Shown: positions 28,380 to 42,319 of the stretch, piece by piece | Numbering within the stretch: the stretch's first letter is position 1 | How the letters are laid out: the number at the start of each line of letters is the position of its first letter | Source of the DNA: the human T2T-CHM13v2.0 reference genome, Homo sapiens | Reading direction: 5' to 3' (one strand) | Assembly (NCBI RefSeq): GCF_009914755.1 | Contig: NC_060935.1 | Length of the DNA stretch: 64,000 bases | Notes under the pieces: model-generated | Databases searched by the model: none | The model's input: the letters and a program-made list of their open reading frames with translations, nothing else | What the model was told of the DNA's origin: nothing | Program-made: the position numbers and the translations under genes

Positions 28380-30906
28380 TGTATTAGTTTGTTTTTATGC
28401 TGCTGATAAAGACATAGCCAAGACTGGGCAATTTACAGAAGGAAGAGGTTTAATAAACTTGCAGTTCCACATGGCTGGGAAAGCCTTATAATTATGGAGG
28501 AAGGCAAGGAAGCACAAGTCACCTTTTACATGGATGGCAGCAAGTAAAGAGAGAGCTTGTGCAGGGAAACTCCCATTTTTTTAAACCATTAGATTTTGTG
28601 ACACTAATTCACTATTGAGAACAGCATGGGAAAGAGCCGCCACCCCACTCCATCATTCGATTATTTCCCACTGAGACCCTCCCACAACAGGTGAGAATTG
28701 TGGAAGCTACAAGATGAGATTTGGGTGAGAACACAGAGCCAAACCATATTCTGCCCCTGGCCCCTCTCAAATTTCATGTCTTTACATTTTCAATACTTAT
28801 GCCTTCCCAAGAGTACCCCAAAGTTTTAACTTATTTTAGCATTAACTTAAAAGTTCACAGTCCAGAGTTTTATTTGAAAGAAGGTAAGTCCCTTTTGCCT
28901 ATGAGCCTATAAAATTAAAAGCAAGTAAGTTACTTCCTAGATACAACGGTGGTACAGGCATTGGGTAAATACAGCCATTCCAAATGGGAGAAATCGGCCA
29001 AAACAAAGGGATTACAGGCCCCATGCAAATTTGCAATCCAGCAGGCCAGTTAAATTTTAAGGCTTTAAAATGATCTCTTTTGACTTCATGTCTCACAGCT
29101 AAGTCACGCTGATGCAAGAGGTGGGCTCCCAGGGCCTTGGGCAGCTCTGTCTCTGTGGATTTGGAGGATATAGCCTCCCTGTGGACTGCTTTTATGGGCT
29201 GGTGTTGAGTTTCTGTGGATTTTCCAAGCATATGGTATAAGCTGTTGGTGGATCTACCATTCTGGGGTTTGGAGGACAGTGGTCCTCTTTTCACAACTTC
29301 ACTAGGCAGCACCCCAGTAGGGATTCTGTGTGGGGTCTCTGACCCTACATTTTCCTTCTGCACTGCTCTAGCAGAGGTTTTCCATGAGAGCCTGGCCCAT
29401 GCAGCAAACTTCTGCTTGGACATCCAGGCATTTCCATACATCCTCTGAAATCTAGGCAGAGGTTCCCAAACTCCAATTCTTGACTTCTGTGCACACACAG
29501 GCTTAGTACCACATGAAAGCTGCCAAGTCTTGAGGCTTGCACCCTTTGAAGCCATGGCCTGAGCTGTGCATTGGTGCCTTTCAGCCACAGCTGCAGTGGC
29601 TGGGACACAGGGCACCAAGTCCCTAGGCTGCACACAGCACAGGACCCTGGGCCTGTACCATGAAACTACTTTCTTTGTCCTAGCCCTCTGGGACTGTGAT
29701 GGGAGGGGCTGCTATGATGACTTCTGATATGCCCTGGAGACATTTTCCCAATCGTTTTGGGATTAACATTTGGTTACTTTTTACTTATGCAAATTTCTGC
29801 AGCCAATTACTCCTGAGAAAATGGGTTTTTCTTTTTTATTGCATTGTTAGGCTGCAAATTTTGTAAACTTTTATGTTCTGCTTCTCTTATAAAACTGAAT
29901 GCCTTTAACAGCACCCAAGTCACATCTTGAATGCTTTGCTTCTTAGAAATCTTTTCTACCAGATACCCTAAATTATCTCTCTCAAGTTTAAAGTTCCACA
30001 AATTTTTAGGGCAAGGAAAAATGCTGCCAGGCTCTTGCTAAAACATAACAAGAGTTACCTTTGCTCAAGTACCCAACAAATTCCTTATATCCATCTGAGA
30101 CCCTCAACCTGGATTTCATTATTCATATTATTATTAGCAATTTGGTTAAAGCCATTTAACAAGTTTCTAGGGAGCTCCAAACTTTCCCACATCTTTTTTC
30201 TTCTGAGCCCGCCAAACTGTTCCAATATTTGTCTGTTACACAGTTCAAAAGTTGCTTTCATATTTTTGGGTATTTTATCAGCAGCACCCCATTTCTGGTA
30301 CCAATTTACTATATATATACATTTTTTTTTTTTTTTTGTACAGTGCTGATAAAGATATACCTGAGACTGGGCAATTTACAAAAGAAAGAGTTTTGGGGGA
30401 GTGGGGAGGGATAGCATTAGGAGATATACCTAATGTAAATGTTGAGTTAATGGGTGCAGCACACCAACATGACACATGTATATATATGTACCAAACCTGC
30501 ATGTTGTGCACATGTACCCTAGAACTTAAAGTATAGTGAAAAAAAACACAAAAATCAAAAACCTGACCCAATAAACAATAATCAAATCTTCAGTTAAAAA
30601 AAAAAAAGAGTTTTAATGGATTTACAGTTCCATGTGGCTGGAGAAGCCTTACAATTAAGGCAGAAGGCAAGGAGGAGCAAGTCACATTTTACATGGTTGG
30701 CAGCAGGCAGAGAGAGCTTGTGCAGGGAAATTCCAATTTTTAAAACCATTAGATTTCATGAGACTTATTCACTATTACGAGAAGAGCACAGAAAAGACCC
30801 ACCCCCATGACTTAATTATTTCCCACCAGGTCCCTCCCATAACATGTGGGAATCATGGGAGCTACAGGATAACATTTGGGTGGGGACACAGAGCCAAACC
30901 ATATTA
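28380..30906 (-). mobile_element. Full-length THE1A MaLR provirus (3' LTR about 28380-28750, internal about 28751-30309, 5' LTR 30310-30906)
   Basis: Both LTRs contain gctgataaaga and end cacagagccaaaccatatt; gctacaagatgagatttggg matches THE1A rather than THE1B; internal ORF remnant; 5-bp TSD agggc/atggc. Confidence 0.95.
30395..30607 (+). mobile_element. 5'-truncated L1PA (PA4-like) 3' end plus transduced tail, inside the THE1A LTR
   Basis: gatagcattaggagatatacctaatgtaaatg...catgtaccctagaacttaaagtata; TSD aaagagtttt at 30385-30394 and 30605-30614. Confidence 0.93.
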
Positions 30907-31158
<252 letters not shown>

Positions 31159-32073
31159 TGATTGTTCGATGGCAGTCTAGTTGAAGCTTTATATATATCC
31201 CCCTTACTTTGTAACCATATTAGTAGCCATGTTAAATTTCTTTTGGTGATAAAAACTATAAATTTTAACTGTGTTATAAAACAGGGAAACCTAAAGTATA
31301 TTCTTTACATTTAATGAACCCTAATGAAAAATGTTGAGTGGCTGGACTTCAAACATTTTTCTTTAAAAAATTGTTCTTCTGTCTTCTGATGTGCTACTTA
31401 AAAATATTCTACTACTTGTTCTTTGGACTAGAAAATAAGGCTTGTTTTGAGAGTGGGTGAGTATATCTGAATGTGTGTGTAATGCATGTAAGTGTGTGTT
31501 TCTTTGTGTATGTCTGTGTGTGTGTGTTGGATTCCTTTAGTTCAAGAAACAGAATTGTTATACCTAAAATGCTAGAGGGATTTTCATTAGAATGCATGTG
31601 GAAATAACAAATATAGAAATGTCTCTCAGATGATCATGCCTAAGGGAACCTAGCAACAATCAAAGGAGACTAGAAAGTGGTTTGGGAACTAGAAAGTCAT
31701 TCAGGATACAAAGCAATTCTGAACACTAGGTTATCTCATCACCTTCTCATCCTCAGGACTCTAGCAAAACAAATTGGCTAATTTCACCCACTCATCTACT
31801 CTCTTTCTACTTCTATTATTTGTCTTAGTATTTCTGTCAACCATTCATAAAAGTTTCAATTAACCCTGATGATGTAAGTGGAACTTTTATGCCCCATCAT
31901 TTTAGAATTCCCTAGTCACCTTCCAAGTTAAAAGGCCAGTTATATTTGGTGCCAATTTAGCTACTCATTGAGATGTAACTCCTTAGAAAGGAACAGTGTT
32001 TGAATACGGCTAGATATTATGAGTTTTGGCCATTCCAAATATCATATGAGCTAATTACTTATGGCTGTGTTTA

Positions 32074-35000
32074 TTTTACTTCATATTTGTTGCTCTTTTT
32101 ACATTTAGTTTTTATTTTTCTTTTAATTTTAAAATAATTTTGACTTATTTTGGATTCAGGGGATATATATATAGGTTTGTTACATGGGTGTGTTGAGTGA
32201 CACTGACATTTGGGGTATGATTGAAGCCATCACTGAGGAAGTGAGCATAGTACCCAACAGTTAACTTTTCAGCCCATTCTACTCTTCCTTCCTTTTCCTT
32301 CTAGTAGACCCCAGTGTCTATTGTTGCCATCTTTACGTCCATGAGTGCCCAATATTTAGCTCCTACTTATAAATGAGAACATGTGGTATTTGGTTTCCTG
32401 TTTCTTCTTTTCATTTGCTTAGGATAATGGCCCCTAGCTGCATCCATGTTGCTGCAAAGAACATGATTTTGTTCTTTTTTTACAGCTGCATAGTATTTCT
32501 TGGTGTATATGTACCATAGTTTCTTTATCCAATCCACCACTGATGGGCACCTAGGTTGATTCCATGTCTTTGCTATTATGAATAGTGCTGCAATGAACAT
32601 AGGAGTTCTTGTGTATATTTGGTAGAGTAATTTATTTTCTTTGGGGCATATACTCAGTAATGACATTGGATGTCGAATGGTAGTTTCATTTTAAGTTCTT
32701 TGAGATATCTCCAAACTGATTTCCACAGTGACTGAACTAATTTACATTCCCACCATCAGTATGTAGCCATCTCCTTTTCTTCACAGCCTTACCAGCATCT
32801 GTTATCTTGTGACTTTTTAATGATACCCATTCTGACTGATGTGAGATGGTATCTTATTGTGGTTCTAATTTGCATTTGCCTGATACTTAGTACTGTTGAG
32901 CATTTTTCATATGTTTGTTGGTTGCTTGTATTTCATCTTTTGAGAAGTGTCTGTTCATGCCTTTTGCCCACTTTTTAAAAGGGTTGTTTTGTTTTGTTTG
33001 CTTGTTGAATTGTTTACATTCCTTATAGATTGTGGATATTAGTCTTTTGTTGGATGCATAATTAATTTGCAATTTTTTTCTCCCATTCTGTAGGTTGCCT
33101 GTTTATTGTGTAGTTTCTTTTGCTGTGCAGAAGCTCTTCAGTTTAATTAGAAGGCACTTGTCAATTTTCATTTTTCTTACAATTGCTTTTGAAGACTTAG
33201 CCATAAATTCTTTCCCAACACCAACATCTAGAATGGTGTTTTCTAGGTTTTCTTCTAGGATTCTTATAGTTAGAGGTCTTATATTTAAATCTTTAATCTA
33301 TCTTGAGTTAATTGTTGTTTGTGGTGAAAGGTAGGGGTACAGTTTCATTCTTCTGCATATGGCTAGTCAGCTTTCTCAGCACCATTTATTTAATAGAGAG
33401 TCCTTTCCCCATTGCTCATTTATGTCAACTTTGTTAAAGATCAGATGACTATAGGTGTGCAGCTTTTTTTTTTTTCTGGGTTCTCTATTCTGTTCCGTTG
33501 GTCTATGTGTCTGTTTTTGTACCAGTACCATGCTGTTTGGGTTAATGTAACCTGGTAATGTGGTTTGAATCAGGGTAATGGGATGTCTCTGAACTTGTTC
33601 TTTTTCCATAGAATTACTTTGGCTATTCAGCCTCTTTTTTGGTTCTATATAAATTTTAGAATAGTGTTTTCTACATTGGTAGTTTGATAGAAATAGTGTT
33701 GAATCTGTAGTTTGCTTTGGGTAGTAAGGCCATTTTAATGATATTGATTATTCCAATACATGAGCATGGGGCATTTTTCCATTTGTGTCATCCGTGATTT
33801 CTTTCAGCAGTGTTTTGTAATTCTCCTTGTAGAGGTCTTTTACCTCCTAGATATATAACTAGGTATATTCTTTTTGTGCCTATTTTAAATAAGACTGCAT
33901 TCTTGATTTGGTTCTCAGCCTGAATGTTATTGATATATAGAAATGCTACTAATTTTTGCACATTGATTTTGTGTTCTGAAACTTTACTGAAGTCAGTTAT
34001 CAGTGCCAGGAGCCTATAACAGAGTCTTTAGAAGTTTCTAGGTATAGAATCATATCATCTATGAAGAGAGATAGTTTTATTTCTTTTCCTATTTGGCTGC
34101 CTTTTATTTCTTTCCCTTGCCTGATTGCTCTGACTAGGACTTCCAGTACATTGTTGAATAAAAGTGGTGAGAGTGAGCATCTTTATCTTGTTACAGTTCT
34201 CAAAGAGAATGCTTCTAGCTTTTACCTCTTCAGTATGATGTCAATGGGTCTCTCATAGATGGCTCTTATTATTTTTAGCTATGTTCCTTTGATGCCTAGT
34301 TTGTTAAGCGTTTTTATCATTATAGGATGTTGAATTTTATTGAAAACTTTTTCACATCTATTTATATAATTATATGGATTTTGTTTTTAATTCTGTTTAT
34401 GTGGTGAATCATGTTTATTTATTTGCATATGTTGAACCAACCTTGCATCCCAGGATTGAAGCCTGTTTGATCATGGTGAATTAACTTTTTGGTGTGCTGT
34501 TGAATTAGGTTTGCTAGTATTTTGTTCAGGATTTTTGCATCTAGTTCACCAGAGATATTGGCCTGTAGTTTACTTTTATCATTGTGTCTTTGCCAGGTTT
34601 TGGTATCAGGATAATGCTGGTTTTGTAGAATGAGTTAAGGAGGAGTTGCTCCTCTTGATTTTTTTGGAATACTTTCAGTAGAATATGTACCAGTTTTTCT
34701 TTTTACATCTGGTAGAATTCAGCTGTGGATCCATCTGGTCTGGGGCTTTTTTTTTTTTTTTTGATTGGTAGGTTTTTTATTACTAATTCAATTTCAGAAC
34801 TTGATTTCAATCTGTTCAGGATTTCAGTTTCTTATTCTTTCTCTTTTTTTTTTTTTCTGGGGGGGGACAGGGTTTCATCCTGTCACCCAGACTAGAGTGC
34901 AGTGGTGCGATCACAGCTCACTGAAACTTTGACCTCCCAGACTCAAGTGATCCTCCCACCTCAGCCTCCCAAGTATCTGGGACTATAGGCATGCACCACC

Positions 35001-35974
35001 ATGCCTGGCTAATTTTTGTGTTTTGTGTAGAGACAGGGTTTTGCCATATTGCCCAGCCTGGTCTTGAACTCCTGGGCTCAAGCAATCCACCCACCTCGGC
35101 TTCATAAAGTGCTGGAATTATGGGTGTGAGCCACCATGCCCAGCCTCAATTTCTTCTTGATTCTATCTTGACAGGTGGTGTGTTTCCAGGAATTTATAAT
35201 TTTGTTTCTAGATTTTCTAGTTTGTGTACATAGAGGTCTTCATAGTACTCTCTGGAGATTTCTGTATTTCTGTGGGAGCAGTTGTAATGCTATTTTTGTC
35301 ATTTCTGATTGTTCTTATTTGGATCTTTTCTCCTTATTTTTGTTAATTTAGGTAGTGATCTATCAATTTTGTTTACTCTTTCAAGAAACCAAGTTTTGCT
35401 CAGTTGATTTTTTATATGTATTTTTGAGTCTCAATTACATTCAGTTTTGTTCTGATTTTAGTTATTTCTTCTAGTTTTGGGTTAGTTTGTTCACTAGGTT
35501 CTTTACATGTGATGTTAGATTGGTAATTTGGAATCTTTCTAACTTCTTGATGTAGATGTTTAGAGCTATAAAATTCCCCCTTAACACTGCTTTTGCTGCA
35601 TCCTGGTGATTTTGGAATGTTGTGTCTCTGTTTTTATTTATTTCAAATAATTCTTTTTGCCTCAATTTTATTGTTTACACAAGTCATTCAGGTGCAAGTT
35701 GTTTAATTTTCATGTAATTATGTGGTTTTGGGAGATCTTGTTGCTTTCAGTTTTTATTCCATTGTGGTCTGAGGGTACAGTTGGTCTGATTTCAATTTTT
35801 TTGAATTTATTAAGATTTATTTTATGGCCTGGCTGGTGGTCAATCTTGGGGTATATTCTGTGTGTGATTGAGAAAAAAATGAGTATTCTGTGGTTGAAGG
35901 ATGAAGTGTTCCATAGATATTTATTAGGTCCAATTGGTCAAATGTTGAATTTAAGTCAAGAATTTGTTAGTTTT
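32074..35974 (-). mobile_element. L1PA16-like LINE-1, 3' part (3'UTR and ORF2)
   Basis: gtgagcatagtacccaa, ctagtagaccccagtgtctattgttgccatc; ORF2 fragments (MFIAALFIIAKTWNQPRCPS); TSD ggctgtgttta at 32063-32073 and 42972-42982. Confidence 0.9.
34834..35145 (-). mobile_element. AluJ inserted in the L1
   Basis: J diagnostics (gatcacagctcactg, ctcctgggctcaagcaatcc); TSD tca(g/a)tttctt at 34824-34833 and 35146-35155. Confidence 0.93.
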
Positions 35975-38900
35975 ATTTTTTATTTTACTTTAAGTTCTGG
36001 AATACATGTACAGAATGTGGAGGTTTGTTACATAGTTATACGTGTGCCATGGTACTTTGCCCCACTTATTGACCTGTCCTCTAAGTTCCCTTTCCTCACT
36101 CCCACCCCTCAACAGGTCCTGATGTGTTTTGTTCCCCTCCCTGTGTCCATATGTTTTCATAGTTCAACTCCCTCTTATGAGTGAGAATATGGAGTGTCTG
36201 GCATTCTGTTTCTGTGTTAGTTCGCTGAGGATGATGGTTTCCAGCTTCATCCATGTCCCTGCAAAGGACATGATCTCATTCTTTTTATAGCTGCACAGTA
36301 TTCTATTCTGTATATGTACCACATTTTCTTTATCCAGTCTATTTTTGATGGGCATATTTGTTGGTTCCATGACTTTGCTATTGTAAATAGTGCTGCAATA
36401 AATATATATGTGCATGTGTCTTTATAATAGAATAATTTATATTCCTTTGTGTATATACCCAGTAATGAGATTGCTTGGTCAAATGGTATTTCTGGTTTGA
36501 GAACCTTGAGGAATCACCATATGGTCTTCCACAATGGTTGAACTAATTTACATTCCCACCAACAGCATAAAAGCATTCCTATTTCTCCACAGCCTTGCCA
36601 GCAACTGTTGTTTCTTGACTTTTTAGTAATCACCATTCTGACTGGCATGAGATGGTATCTCATCGTGGTTTTGATTTGCATTTCTCTAACATTAGTGATG
36701 TTGAGCTTTTTTTTATGTTAGTTGGGTACATGAATGTTGTCTTTTGAGAAGTGTCTATTCATATCCTTTGCCCACTTTTTGATGTGGTTGTTTTTTTCTT
36801 GTAAATTTGTTTAAATTCCTTGTAAATTCTGGATATTTGACCTTTGCCAGACGGGTAGATTGCAAAATTTTTCTCCCATTCTGTAGGTTGCCTGTTCATT
36901 CTGATGATAGTTTCTTTTGCTGTTCAGAAGCTCTTTAGTTTAATTAGATCCCATTTGTCAATTTTGGCTTTTGTTGAAATTGCTTTTGGCATTTTCATCA
37001 TGAAGTCTTTGCCTATGCCTATGTCCTGAATGGTATTGCCTAGATATTCTTCTAGGGTTTTATGGTTTTGGGTTTTACATTTAAGTCTTTAATCCATCTT
37101 GAGTTAATTTTTGTATATGGTATAAGGAAGGGGTCCAGTTTCAGTTTTCTGCATATGGCTAGCCAGTTTTCCCAGCACCATTTATTGAATAGGAAATCTT
37201 TCCCCATTGCTTGTTTATTGTCAGGCTTGCCAAAGATCAGATAGTTGTAGATGTGTGGAGTTATTTCTGAGGTCTCTGCTCTGTTCCATTGGTCTATATG
37301 TCTGTTTTGGTACAAGTACCATGCTGTTTTGGTTACTGTAGCCTTGTAGCAGAGTTTGAAGATAGGTAGCATGATGCCTCCAGCTTTGTTCTTTTTGCTT
37401 AGGGTTGTCCTGGCTATGAAATTTAAAGTACTTTTTTTTTTTTTTCTAATTCTGTGAAGAATGTCAATAATAGTTTGATGGGAATAGCACTGAATCTATA
37501 AATCACTTTGGGCAGTATGGCCATTTTCACAATATTGATTCTTCCTACCCATGAAGATGGAATGTTTTTCCATTTGTTTGTGTCCTCTCTTTCCTTAGCA
37601 GTGGTAGAGGTCCTTCACTTCTTTTGTTAGCTGTATCCCTAGGTATTTTGTTCTCTTTGTAGCGATTGTGAATGGGAATTCATGGTTTGGCTCTCTGCTT
37701 GTCTATTATTGGTGTAAAAGAATGCTTGTAATATATGCACATTGATTTTGTTTCCTGAGACTTTGCTGAAGTTGTTTATCAGCTTAAGGAGTTTTTGGGC
37801 TGAAGTGATGGGGTTTTCTAAATATAAAATCATGTTGTCTACAAACAGAGACAATTTGACTTCCTCTCTTCCTATCTGAATACGCTTTATTTCTTTCCCT
37901 TGCCTGATTGCCCTGGCCAGAAATTCCAATACATGTTGAATAGGAGCGGTGAGGGAGGGCATCCTTGTCTTATACTGGTTTTCAAAGGGAAGGCTTCCAG
38001 CTTTTGCCCATTGAATATGATATTGGCTGTGGGTTTGTCATAAATAGCTCTTATTTTCAGATATGTTCCATAAATACCGAGTTTATTGAGAGTTTTTTTT
38101 TTTCTTAACATGAAAGGATGTTGAATTTTATCAAAGCCCTTTTCTGTATCTGCTGAGATAATCATGTAGTTTTTGTCTTTGGTTCTGTTTATGTGATGGA
38201 TTACATTTACTGATTTGCATGTGTTGAACCAGCCTTACGTCCCAGTGATGAAGCCAACTTGATCGTGATGGATAAATTTTTTGATGTGCTGCTGGATTCG
38301 GTTTGCCAGGATTTTATTGAGGATTTTTGCATTGATGTTCATCAGGGATATTGGCCTGAAGTTTTTGTGTTTTGTTGTGCCTCTGCCTGGTTTTGGTATC
38401 AGAATGATGCTGGCTGCATAAAATGAGTTAGGGCGGAGTCCCTCCTTTTTTATCATTTGGAATAGTTTCAGAAGGAATGTTACCAGCTCCTCTTTGTACC
38501 TCTGGTAGAATTTGGCTGTGAATCCATGTGGTCCTGGGCTTTTTTTGGTTGTTAGGCTATTAATTACTGCCTCCATTTCAGAACTTGTTATTGGCCTATT
38601 CAGGGATTCAGCTTCTTCCTATTTTAGTCTTGGGAGGCTGTATATGTCCAGGAATTTACCCATTTCTTCTAGATTTTCTAGCTTATTTGCATAGAGGTGT
38701 TTATAGTATTCTCTGATGGTAATTTGTGTTTCTGTGGGGTCAGTGGTGATATCCCCTTTATAATTTTTTATTGTGTCTTTTTGATTCTTCTCTCTTCTGT
38801 ATTAGTCTAGCTAGCAGTCTATCTATTTTGTTAATTTTTTTCAAAAAAACATAGCTCCTGGATTCATTGATTTTTTTGGGGGGGCTGCTTTTTGTGTCTC

Positions 38901-41900
38901 TCTTTCAATTCTTCTCTGATCTTAGTTATTTCTTGTTCTCTGCTAGCTTTTGGATTAGTTTACTCTTGCTTCTCTACCTCTTTTAATTATTATGTTAGGG
39001 TGTTGATTTGAGATCTTTCTAGCTTTCTGATGTGGGCATTTAGTGCTATAAATTTCCCTCTTAACACTGCTTTAGCTGTGTCCAAAAGATTTTGGTATGT
39101 TGTCTCTTTATTTTCATTGGTTTCAAAGAACTTCTTTATTTCTGCCTTAATTTCATTATTTACAAGGAGTCATTCAGGAGCAGGTTGTTCAATTTCCATG
39201 TAATTGTGTGGTTTTGAGTGAGTTTCTTAATCCTGAGTTCTAATTTAATTGCACTGTGGTCTGAGAGACTGTTTATTATTTCAGTTCTTTTTGCATTTGC
39301 TGAGGAGTGTTTTACTTCTAATAATGCGGTTGATGTTGTATATTCTGTTGATTCTGTTGATATCTACAGAACTCTCTGTAGATATCTGTAGATGTCTATT
39401 AGGTCCACTTAATCCAGAGCTGAGTTCAAGTCATGAATGTCTTTGTTAATTTTCTGTCTCATTGATCTATCTAATATTGACAGTGAGATGTTAAAGTCTC
39501 CCACTATTACTGTGTGGGAGTCTAAGTCTCTTTGTAGGTCTCTAAGAACTTGTTTTATGAGCTGGGTGCTCCTGTATTGGGTGCATATATATTTAGAATT
39601 GTTAGCTCTTCTTGTTGAATTGTTCCCTTTACCATTGTGTAATGCCCTTCTTTTTCTTTTTTGACCTTTGTTGATTTAAAGTCTGTTTTCTCAGAGATTA
39701 GGATTGCTACCCTTGCTTTTTTTGCTTTCCATTTGCTTGGTAAATTTTCCTCCATACCTTTATTTTGAGCCTATGTGCATCTTTGCACGTGAGATGGGTC
39801 TCCTGAATACAGCACACCAATGAGTCATGACTCTTTATCCCATTTGCCAGTTGGTGTCTTTTAATTGGGGCATTTAGTCCATTTACACTTAGGGTTAGTA
39901 TTGTTATGTGTAAATTTGATCCTGTCATTATGATGCTATCTGGTTATTTAGAACACTAGTTGATGCTGTTTCTTCATAGTGTCATTGGTCTTTATATTTT
40001 GGTGTGTTTTTGCAGTGGCTGGTACTGGTTTTTCCTTTCCATATTTAGTGCTTATTTCAGGAGCTCTTGCAAGGCAGGCTTGGTGTTAATGAAATTCCTC
40101 ACCATTTGTTTGTCTGGAAAGGATTTTATTTCTCCTTTGCATATGAAGCTTAGTTTGGCTGGATATGAAATTCTGTGTTGAAAATTCTTTTCTTTAAGAA
40201 TGTTAAATATTGGCCTCCAATATCTTCTGGCTTGTAGAGTTTCTGCTGAGAGGTCCATGGTTAGTCTGATGGGCTTCTCTTTGTAGGTGACCTAGCCTTT
40301 CTCTCTGGCTGCCCTTAACACATTTTTTCTTCATTTCGACCTTGGAGGATCTGACGATTATGTGTCTTGGGGTTGATTTTGTCGTGGAATATCTTAGTGG
40401 TGTTCTCTGTATTTCTTGAATTTGCATGTTGGCCTGTCTCGCTAGATTGGGGAAATTCCCCTGAATAATATCCTGAAATGGCTTTTCCAGCTTGTTTCCA
40501 TTCTCCCCATCTCCTTCAGGTACTCCAATCAATCATAGGTTCGGTCTTTTTACGAAGTCCCATATTTCTTGGAGGCTTTTTTCATTCCTTTTCATTCTTT
40601 TATCTCTAAACTTGTTTGCATGCTTTATGTTGGCAATGTGGTTTTCAAACTCTAATATGTTTTCTTCTGCTTGGTGAATTCAGCCATTGATACTTGTGTA
40701 TGTTTCATGAAGTTCTTGTGCTGTGTTTTTCAGCCCCATGAGGTCATTTATGTTCTTCTCTAAACTGATTATTCTAGTTAGCAGCTCCTCTAACCTTTTA
40801 TCAAGGTTCTTAGCTTCTTTGCATTGGGTTAAAACAGTACAGTTTATTATTACCCATCTTCTGAAGCCTACTTCTGTCAATTCATTCATAACATCCTCTG
40901 TCCAGTTCTGCACCCTTGCTGGAGAGGTGCTGCAATCATTTGAAGGAGAAGAGACACTCTGGCCTTTTGGGTTTTCAGTGTTTTTTTGTTGATTCTTTCT
41001 CATCTTGGTGAGTTTGTCTAATTTTGATCTTTGAGGCTGCTGACCCTTCGATGGGGTTTCTGTGGGGACTTTTTGTTGTTGTTGATGCTGTTGTTGTTGC
41101 TTTCTGTTTTTCTTTCAATGGTCAGGTCCCTTTTCTTTAGGGCTGCTGCAGTTTGCTGGGGGTTCCCTTCAGGACCTATTCATCTGGTTTCCTCCCACAC
41201 CTGGAGATGTCACTCAAGGAGGCTGGAGAACAGTAAAGATGAGTGCCTGCTCCTTCTTCTGGGATCTGTGACCTTGAGAGGCACCAACCTGATGCCAGTA
41301 GGATCGCTCCTGTGGAGGGTGTCTGACAACCCCCATTGGAGGGTCTTACCCGGTTGGGTGGCACCGGGAGCAAGGGCTCATTTAACAAAGCACTTTGACT
41401 GTCCCTTAGTGGAGAGAGTATGCTTTGCTACAGGAAACCCACTCATCTGGGCTGCATGGATTCCTCAGAACTACCAGGAGGAAAGGCTAAGTCTGCTGGT
41501 CCTCACAGACTGTGTCCACCCATCCTGCTACGTGCTCAGGCCCAGGGAGATCTGGCTTCTGTCCCTAAGTCTCTGGCTGGAGTTGTTGGAGTTCCTGCAG
41601 GGAAGCCCTACCCAGTGAGGAAGGATGTGTCAGGGTCAGGCCTGAAGAAGTGCTTTGGCCACAGTTTGCCACAGCTGGTGTGTTGTGTTGTGGGGGACAT
41701 CTCTTGGGGACCAAGCTGTCACACCTCCCTGGCGTCAGCAGGGTCAAAAATGTGGCCTGGAGCTGTAGAGATGGATGCTGCCTTTCCCCCAACTAGGAAG
41801 CTTAGCATGTTAGGCAGCTATGAGTCCCAGTGCTGGCTGCTGCCCTCCCACAAGGAAATCAAATGGCTTAGGCAGCAGGCAGCTGTGCTGGTCACATTTC

Positions 41901-42319
41901 CCCCCAGGAGCTCCACAGGCTTAGGCAGATTCCACCTGAGAGGCTGTTGAGCATCTGCTCAGCTCGGAGGTTGGGACCCTAGGTCCTGGTGGCATGGGTT
42001 CATGAGTGGGACTTTCCGATCTGTGGGTTGCACAGTTCCGTGGAAAAAACATGGTTTCCCGGCGGACTAGCATGCTCACTTACTGCCTCCCTTGACTAGG
42101 GGGTTGGGGCTCCCCTGCCCCATGTGGCTCTCAGGTGAGCCATGGCACCACACTGCTCTTCCTTCCTCTCCATGGATCGCATCAGCGGCCTAGTCAGCTC
42201 TGATGAGAGAATCTGGATACCTTGGTTGCTGGTGAAGTATTCACATGCTAATTATGGTTCTTTTTCATTCAAGCCACTGATGGCTGCCGCTTCTAGTCAG
42301 CCATCTCAGCCCCGCCCCC
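35975..42319 (-). mobile_element. Full-length, inactive L1PA8A-like LINE-1 (about 6.3 kb)
   Basis: 5' end ggggcggggctgagatggctgactag; ORF1 start MRKNQQKNTENPK (41003); ORF2 start MTGSNLHITILTLSVNGLNAPIKRH (39928); many stops and frameshifts; exact 16-bp TSD agaatttgttagtttt at 35959-35974 and 42320-42335. Confidence 0.95.

Noticed and set aside
28465-28490. PRDM9 hotspot motif in the THE1A LTRs (also about 30628-30650)
   Set aside because: The sites read CTTTCCCAGCCAT and CTTCTCCAGCCAC, neither matching CCTCCCTNNCCAC
30806-30820. DUX4-type site in the THE1A LTRs (also about 28651-28665)
   Set aside because: Both copies deviate from the TAATTGAATCA-type site
36164-41003. L1 ORF1/ORF2 peptide fragments as functional CDS
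   Set aside because: Broken by many stops and frameshifts; the element cannot retrotranspose autonomously
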